Source: Treponemataceae bacterium
Lineage (GTDB): Bacteria; Spirochaetota; Spirochaetia; Treponematales; Rectinemataceae
Assembly: GCA_963677895.2 (NCBI GenBank)
Contig: CAXXGJ010000038.1
Location: 192,001 to 256,000 of the forward strand
DNA length: 64,000 nucleotides
Reading direction: 5' to 3'
Position numbers and translations under genes: made by a program. Under the pieces are notes generated by a model. It was not told the origin of the DNA, made no database searches, and was given only the letters and a program-made list of their open reading frames with translations. This document shows positions 58,095-64,000 of the stretch, one piece after another; within the stretch, counting starts at the first letter, position 1, and the number at the start of each line of letters is the position of its first letter.

Positions 58095-58804
58095 ACTCCT
58101 TTGAGCTGAGAGGAATAAAAAAAAGATTCGGCCCGCTCGAAGTCTTGGCGGGAATCGATGCCTCATTCAATGCTTCTTCGGTAACGGCCATTCTCGGTCC
58201 GTCGGGTTGCGGCAAAACAACGCTCCTTAATATCATTGCCGGAGTTCTTGATCCGGACGAAGGCTCCATGGCCGGATTCCCTTCCGCGAGCTTTTCCTAT
58301 TCTTTTCAGGAGCCGCGTCTTCTTCCCTGGCTCTCCTCCATGGATAACCTTCTATTCGCGCTTTCGGGACTGAACGATAAGGCTGTTGGCGCGGAAAGAG
58401 CCGCGCGATTCCTGAAAAGCGCGGGGCTTGAAGGTTTCGGAGATGCGAAACCCTTCGGATTGTCCGGGGGGATGAAACGCAGACTGTCCCTTGCCCGCGC
58501 CTTCGCCTACCCTTCCGACATCCTTCTTCTCGACGAGGCGTTTTCCTCGGTGGATCTCAAGCTGCGGATAGAGTTGATGGATTTGTTTTCCCTTCTATGG
58601 AGGGAGGAAAAAAGAACGGCGATATTCGTGACGCACGACATTCAGGACGCGCTCTATCTGGCCGATCAGATACTGGTCCTCTCTTCCCGCCCCTCGAAGG
58701 TGCTGGACAGGCTCGATGTCCCCATCTCCCGGGAAAGCCGTCGCTATGCCTCGAAGGAGCTTATCGAACTGGAAGAACGCCTTTACCGACAGATCCTCTC
58801 ATGA
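58091..58804 (+). CDS. ABC transporter ATP-binding protein (NitT/TauT family)
   Basis: GPSGCGKT, FQE.RLLPW, LSGGM, LLLDE, VTHD. Start set at ATG 58091. Confidence 0.92.
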   Translation: MNSFELRGIKKRFGPLEVLAGIDASFNASSVTAILGPSGCGKTTLLNIIAGVLDPDEGSMAGFPSASFSYSFQEPRLLPWLSSMDNLLFALSGLNDKAVGAERAARFLKSAGLEGFGDAKPFGLSGGMKRRLSLARAFAYPSDILLLDEAFSSVDLKLRIELMDLFSLLWREEKRTAIFVTHDIQDALYLADQILVLSSRPSKVLDRLDVPISRESRRYASKELIELEERLYRQILS

Positions 58805-58810
58805 CGCCTC

Positions 58811-60703
58811 TCATGAGGAAGCCTCCTCTCGTATAGCGGAGATGAATTCCCAGGGAGTAAAAGGCTTTTCGAGCAGTTTCGTTCCCTCGGGGAGCGCAAT
58901 GCTCGATCCGGTCCGGCCTGAAATGAAAACGCAGCGCAAAGGCTTCCCCGCCGAGAGTCTCGAGTAGAGATCCAATCCGTCCAAACCTGGCAAATTTATC
59001 TCGGCCACAAGGACTTCATAGTCATTCTGTTCCGCCTGAAGGATGGCTTCTCCCGCGTTTCTCGCGTAAATCACGGAGGCTCCCGCCTTGGAAAGCGTAT
59101 ATGAGAGGAATTCCAGCAGAGATTCATCGTCATCCACCAGCAGTATGCTCGGTTTTCCCTTCAATGTAAGATTCTGACTCTCTATTACCTGTTCCGAGAC
59201 ATGGCTGATCCCCAAGGGCTGGCTTTTGCCTTCCTCCGGGGTAGCGGGCAGCCAAAGCGTAAAGGTCGTACCCTTGCCGACTTCGCTTCGCAGGCTGATC
59301 GCCCCTCTGGTCTGGGCCGCGATGGAAGAAACGATGGCCAAGCCAAGTCCAGTTCCTTTGCCGGTTTCCTTCGTCGTGAAGAAGGGGTCGAATATCTTGC
59401 CGGCGAGTTCCGAGGAAATCCCGCTCCCGTTATCCGATACTTCTATCGTCGCGTAACCGCCGGGGGCAAGGAGGTAGGTTCCCTCCCTCGTCGCTTCTGC
59501 CAGTTTTTTTTCTTCCACGAGCACGCTCAATTTCGCTCCGGCCTTTCCTTCCAGGGCATCACGCGCGTTTACCACTAGATTGATGAGTGCCTGCTCGAGC
59601 TGTATGGGATCGGCATATACAATGAATTCGGAGGGCGGCAGGATTACCGAGAAAAGCACTGATTCGCCGACAAGTTTCCTCAATAGACCGGTAGCTTCCC
59701 TCACGATGGAGACAAGTCCCACGGGTTTTGGCGAATAAGGTTGCTTTCGGGAAAAGCCAAGTAACTGCCTCGTGAGTTGCGTCGCCCTATTAGCGGTCTT
59801 GACTATACCCTCCACATCCTCATATGCCGCATCCTGCGGCTTGATATCCAGTTTGAGCATCTCCGCGTGTCCGATGATGGCTGTCAGTATATTGTTGAAG
59901 TCATGGGCAATGCCGCCGGCCAGTCTTCCCATGGCGTCCATCTTCTGGGATTGCAGGAGTTCGTCGCGAAGCCTATGGGATTCGGTAAGATCGAAGAATT
60001 CCGAGGATATCAGCGTTTTGCCCGACCCTGATTCATCGAAGGCGGAAAAGGATGCCAGAATGGATAATTGTCGGCCGCCCGTATCGGTCATGGGAAAATC
60101 TTCGCCCAGAATCGTCGTACCGGCCAGAACCGAGTTCCTGACTCGATCCCAATCTTCCTTATCCCTGAAAAGGGAAGACAGCTCGGGCGCCGGGGCAGGA
60201 ATGGAGAATATTTTTGCGAATGAGGCATTCATCTCAAGGATCTTTCCGTCGGCGTCGGCGATGCATCGCGGAGACAGGCTAAGATCGAAGAGTTTTCTAT
60301 AGCGTTTTTCGCTGCAGAAGAGTCGCCTTTCCATTCCCGCCCGAAAAAGAGCTATCTCGGTCGTCCCCAGCAGCTCGCGCTCGGAAAAGGGTTTTACGAG
60401 AATGCCGAGCGGTTCGGCGTCTTTTGTCCCTGGCGAAATATCCGAATCAAGGAGAGCCGTGACAAGAACGCAAGGTATGCCCGCTTTTTTTCTGGAATCG
60501 AGAGCGACTTCCATCCCGGATACGGAACCTTCCAGCGCGAGGTCCACGAGAAGGAGATCATAACCTGGGTTCTTCGCCAATGCCTCCAGATATTCCCTTC
60601 CGTCGGCAAAAGGTCCAGCTATATCGTAGCCGGCGCGTTGGAGGGTTTTAGCGATATCGAGGGCTACCAGCGCCTCATGTTCCACTATCGCGATCAAGGA
60701 CAT
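58811..60703 (-). CDS. Hybrid sensor kinase (REC-PAS-HisKA-HATPase-REC)
   Basis: GIAHDFNN H-box, [28 protein letters not shown]; receiver domains at both ends. Alternative TTG start at 60739. Confidence 0.9.
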   Translation of the reverse strand: MSLIAIVEHEALVALDIAKTLQRAGYDIAGPFADGREYLEALAKNPGYDLLLVDLALEGSVSGMEVALDSRKKAGIPCVLVTALLDSDISPGTKDAEPLGILVKPFSERELLGTTEIALFRAGMERRLFCSEKRYRKLFDLSLSPRCIADADGKILEMNASFAKIFSIPAPAPELSSLFRDKEDWDRVRNSVLAGTTILGEDFPMTDTGGRQLSILASFSAFDESGSGKTLISSEFFDLTESHRLRDELLQSQKMDAMGRLAGGIAHDFNNILTAIIGHAEMLKLDIKPQDAAYEDVEGIVKTANRATQLTRQLLGFSRKQPYSPKPVGLVSIVREATGLLRKLVGESVLFSVILPPSEFIVYADPIQLEQALINLVVNARDALEGKAGAKLSVLVEEKKLAEATREGTYLLAPGGYATIEVSDNGSGISSELAGKIFDPFFTTKETGKGTGLGLAIVSSIAAQTRGAISLRSEVGKGTTFTLWLPATPEEGKSQPLGISHVSEQVIESQNLTLKGKPSILLVDDDESLLEFLSYTLSKAGASVIYARNAGEAILQAEQNDYEVLVAEINLPGLDGLDLYSRLSAGKPLRCVFISGRTGSSIALPEGTKLLEKPFTPWEFISAIREEASS

Positions 60704-60754
60704 CGACAATACCCCGCTCGGCAGTTGGATGCTGCCCAATTTCAGGCAATGATA

Positions 60755-62614
60755 CTATAGAAAATTGTCCGTTTCCAGAGAAAGCCCCATCCTCATCGTG
60801 CGCTCCAGATACCCCGACCCCAGCGATTTCACGCTGACATCGAAGATAATCGAATTCTTACGGGTATCGACTGAATATCTGATGAACTTGAGGATGTCGG
60901 CTTCGCCGATTCCCGATTCATCGGCCATCATGCCCGGCCATGTTTTCGTGACCTTGTAGGTTCCGCCATTGCCTCTTGGGCCGGAAACGTGATCCAGCAG
61001 CATCCCCGTGGCTCCCTGGAGCATGCGCTCCGCCGTATCGCGCTGCGATGCTTTCTTGAACGGTATGTCGGGCATGGCTTCCGTTTTTCGGAGTATACGT
61101 ACAGTCTTGCCCTTGCTCTTGCTCTTGATGATGATAGAACATAGCGAGCCTAACGGTTTGCCGGCCGCCAGCATTTGGGCTTCCTGTATGTCGGCGCATT
61201 CCTTGCCGTCGAGAGAGAGAAGGCTGTCGCCGGCTTCGATCCCGCCTTTTCCCGGAAAGACATAGCTTATATCGAGACTTGAATCGAGATTCTTGGCTAT
61301 TCCAAGGCCAAGCCAGGAAGTCTCGATCTTGCCTTCGTCAAAAAGCGATGGGAATACGGTGGAAATCCACGATACGGGAAGAGCGAAATTCAACCCCTGA
61401 AAATTGGAGAGGCCGGCGAAAACAATTCCCAGCAGATCGCCGTCCTCGTCCAGCAGAGGTCCTCCCGAGTTGCCGGGATTTATGGGGGCGTCTATCTGAA
61501 TGGCTTCGCCTCGCGGCAGTATCCTTCTTCCCGTCGCGCTGACGATTCCGGCCGCAACGCTGTTTTCAAGCCCCACGGGGCTCCCGATGGCGTATACTTT
61601 TTGCCCTTTGAAGGCTTTTTCAGGCTTGAAAGGATAAAAGGTATGGGAAGAAATTTCCTGGCTTTTAAGAACGGCTAAATCCAGATCCTCATTCCAGCCA
61701 ACGACTTTCGCCGGAATCCTGGCTTCGGGATTGCTTGGCGGACGTATAGAAAGGCGGGAATATCCATTGTAGGCAGGGTCCACTTCGCTGGATATGACAT
61801 GATAATTGGTTATGTAATAACCGCTGGAATCGACCTGAAAGGCGGTGCCGAGGATCCTCTCCGGGTACCCGACGCCATTTTCGATCTTCAATCCTTTGTC
61901 CACATGGACGGTGACGACGCCGCCGGCCATTTCCCCGATTTCCGTCTTCAGCTTGCCGATCCCTATGGACTGGCTCAGGTATTCCGCCCTCTCCTTTGAT
62001 AAAAAGGAGAATATGCGACGCATGGTAGCGCTGTCTTCGGCCTTTGCCGCCCTGGCGTACCATGATTCCAGGAGAGAAGGATCGATCATTGCCGCGCCGC
62101 CCGGAAGGGAGGACGCGTCCAAGGCCTTATGGATATAGGCCGCGGCTGGAGAATTCAGGTTCCTTTTCGCGTATTCTTCAGCCCTGCCCAGATAAATCTT
62201 CGCAGCCGCGTTTCGAGGTGCGGCATCGCCGGCCACGCGGGATGCTTGGGTGAAAATACCTTCCGCCATGGATTCGATGGCCTGGAGGGAAGAGAGGCTT
62301 TTTTCGGCGGATTTCCATCGGCCTTCTTTCATCTCGGCGCTGAATCGCGCGACAAGTTTTTCGGTCGCGAGGGACGCAAGCTCCGCCAGGTTCTCATCAG
62401 CCAGGCTGGAATCCTGGCTTTCCGATATGGAAATCACGGATAAAGCCTCGATGCACGCTTCCTGGTCGACTTCGGCCAAGGCCAGGAGCTCATCCCGCTT
62501 GAGGACAGAATAATCGACGGTCTTTGTCTCCACCTCAGGAAGATTTGAGCATGAACTAGCCAACAGGAAAAAAATCAGCAGTGCGCCTAAATGCCGCGAT
62601 GCCCCGTGGCTCAT
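60755..62614 (-). CDS. S1C (HtrA-like) serine protease lipoprotein with PDZ domain(s)
   Basis: Lipobox LASS-C; catalytic triad motifs TNYHV, DLA and GNSGG. Confidence 0.87.
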   Translation of the reverse strand: MSHGASRHLGALLIFFLLASSCSNLPEVETKTVDYSVLKRDELLALAEVDQEACIEALSVISISESQDSSLADENLAELASLATEKLVARFSAEMKEGRWKSAEKSLSSLQAIESMAEGIFTQASRVAGDAAPRNAAAKIYLGRAEEYAKRNLNSPAAAYIHKALDASSLPGGAAMIDPSLLESWYARAAKAEDSATMRRIFSFLSKERAEYLSQSIGIGKLKTEIGEMAGGVVTVHVDKGLKIENGVGYPERILGTAFQVDSSGYYITNYHVISSEVDPAYNGYSRLSIRPPSNPEARIPAKVVGWNEDLDLAVLKSQEISSHTFYPFKPEKAFKGQKVYAIGSPVGLENSVAAGIVSATGRRILPRGEAIQIDAPINPGNSGGPLLDEDGDLLGIVFAGLSNFQGLNFALPVSWISTVFPSLFDEGKIETSWLGLGIAKNLDSSLDISYVFPGKGGIEAGDSLLSLDGKECADIQEAQMLAAGKPLGSLCSIIIKSKSKGKTVRILRKTEAMPDIPFKKASQRDTAERMLQGATGMLLDHVSGPRGNGGTYKVTKTWPGMMADESGIGEADILKFIRYSVDTRKNSIIFDVSVKSLGSGYLERTMRMGLSLETDNFL

Positions 62615-62647
62615 CCCTTCTCCTGTCAGGTTTTGATCACCTGTGCG

Positions 62648-64000
62648 TTAAGCTTCGGTCACCTGTACGTTATGATTGGACTCAAATCCCAGAAGAATCT
62701 TTACGTCGGCATCCTCCAGGGTTTCTTTCTGCATGAGTTCCGCGGCCAAGGCTTCCAGTTTTACCCTTTCCCTGGTGAGAATGTCGGTTGCCTGCTGTAG
62801 CGCTTTGCCGAGAAGATTCTTCAGGGCTTCGTCAATCTTTCTCGCGGTTTCCTCTGAATAATCCTTATGACGCGCTATCTCTTTTCCGATGAAAATCGGC
62901 TCATCTTCCTGGCCATAGGCCATCGGATCTAAATTCTCGCCCATACCCCATTCGCAGACCATTCGGCGCGCCATATCGGTGGCCTGCCGCAGATCCTGGG
63001 CCGTGCCGGTCGTCGTCTCGCCGTATATCAGCCGCTCGGCCGCGTAGCCGCCGTAGGTTATGACAAGCCTGTCATAAAGCCAGCCGCGGGAGAGGGAAAA
63101 AGAATCCTTCTCGGGGAGGGATAACGCGAGTCCCAGCGCCCTGCCCCTCGGGACGATGGTCACCTTGTGCAGCGGATCGGCGTTGGGAAGGAAATAATGC
63201 AGAAGGGCATGGCCTGACTCATGCACGGCCGTCGCCTTCTTCTCTTCCTCGGCGATGACGAGGCTCTTGCGCGCCACGCCCATAAGGACCTTGTCCCTCG
63301 CGTCTTCGAAATCTTCCATCTCTACGGTGGTCTTGTTCTTCCTGATGGCGAAGAGGGCCGCTTCGTTGACCATATTGGCCAAGTCGGCGCCCGAAGTGCC
63401 GGGAGTAGCCTTCGCGAGTCTCAGGACATCGACATTGGGATCGACGGGAATGACAGCCATATGAATCTTTATGATGGCTTCGCGTTCCTTGACGTCTGGC
63501 ATCGCGACGACTACCTGGCGGTCGAAGCGGCCCGGTCTCAGTAAGGCCGGATCCAGCACGTCTGGCCTGTTCGTCGCCGCGAGTATGATGACGCCGTCTT
63601 TGGTGTCGAATCCATCCATCTCAACGAGCATCTGGTTAAGGGTCTGCTCCCTTTCGTCGTGGCCGCCGCCGTAGCCGGCCCCCCTGGTCCTTCCGACGGC
63701 GTCCAGCTCATCGATGAAGAGGATGCAGGGCGCGTTCTTTCTGCCCTGCTCGAAGAGGTCCCTCACCCTGCTTGCCCCGACGCCGACGAACATCTCCACG
63801 AAATCAGATCCCGACATATGGAAGAACGGCACGTTGGCTTCGCCCGCGGTCGCTTTCGCTATGAGGGTCTTCCCGGTTCCGGGCATGCCCACGAGGAGTA
63901 CGCCCTTAGGTATCTTGGCGCCCATCTTGGAGAATTTCTGGGGATTCTTCAGGTAATCGACGACTTCCATGAGTTCATATTTGGCTTCTTTCTGCCCGGC
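62648..64000 (-). CDS. ftsH: ATP-dependent zinc metalloprotease FtsH, 5'-truncated by the window edge
   Basis: Frame is open to the edge ([14 protein letters not shown]); [29 protein letters not shown]. Confidence 0.97.
   Translation of the reverse strand, partial: AGQKEAKYELMEVVDYLKNPQKFSKMGAKIPKGVLLVGMPGTGKTLIAKATAGEANVPFFHMSGSDFVEMFVGVGASRVRDLFEQGRKNAPCILFIDELDAVGRTRGAGYGGGHDEREQTLNQMLVEMDGFDTKDGVIILAATNRPDVLDPALLRPGRFDRQVVVAMPDVKEREAIIKIHMAVIPVDPNVDVLRLAKATPGTSGADLANMVNEAALFAIRKNKTTVEMEDFEDARDKVLMGVARKSLVIAEEEKKATAVHESGHALLHYFLPNADPLHKVTIVPRGRALGLALSLPEKDSFSLSRGWLYDRLVITYGGYAAERLIYGETTTGTAQDLRQATDMARRMVCEWGMGENLDPMAYGQEDEPIFIGKEIARHKDYSEETARKIDEALKNLLGKALQQATDILTRERVKLEALAAELMQKETLEDADVKILLGFESNHNVQVTEA

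Noticed and set aside
58795..58816. Direct repeat CCTCTCATGA x2 holding the stop codons of two convergent genes
   Set aside because: Probably a small local duplication; nothing is inserted between the copies, so it is not evidence of a mobile element.
1..64000. KOPS-like GGGNAGGG polarity around the dif candidate
   Set aside because: By eye I found instances in both orientations on both sides and cannot count them reliably, so it is not used as evidence.
1..64000. CRISPR arrays, IS/transposases, prophage, inteins, rRNA, tmRNA
   Set aside because: None was recognised; dnaB, dnaG and secA are of ordinary length and the intergenic gaps are too short.

Overview
A GC-rich, gene-dense core chromosomal segment, most likely from a Spirochaetota bacterium. 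The taxonomic call is an inference from gene order (rpsB-tsf-frr-uppS-cdsA-dxr-rseP without pyrH; cmk-rpsA; a lipoprotein divergent from secA) and protein styles. It holds about 58 CDS, nearly all housekeeping: folK (partial)-scpAB-rluB-cmk-rpsA, a GAF/sigma54 activator, the mreBCD-mrdA-rodA elongasome cluster followed by a radical SAM fusion, mltG-dnaG-rpoD, surE, a degenerate galactokinase-like gene, maf, the rpsB cluster, rpsF-ssb-rpsR-DUF2232-rplI-dnaB, hisS-trmB, hrpA, xseAB, nnr, secA, NFACT/RqcH, a NitT/TauT-type ABC transporter, a hybrid histidine kinase, an HtrA-like protease and ftsH (partial). RNA genes: RNase P RNA and tRNA-Tyr(GTA), Thr(TGT), Arg(CCG). I saw no transposase, integrase, prophage or CRISPR array, and I cannot point to a clearly new multi-gene system. 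The best leads are mostly non-coding: (1) a 28-bp dif-like Xer site at 7766-7793 in an AT-rich trough where gene orientation converges; (2) an RNase P RNA with a roughly 77-nt P9 arm whose loop carries a copy of the P1 5' strand; (3) a roughly 190-nt long-range-paired RNA upstream of rpsB; (4) a tandem palindromic operator-like repeat near secA. Protein-level oddities are the uncharacterised radical SAM fusion coupled to rodA, a GalK-like protein lacking its galactose-binding residues, and an RG/RD-rich insertion in HrpA. All pairings and motifs were read by eye; no alignments, folding or database searches were run.
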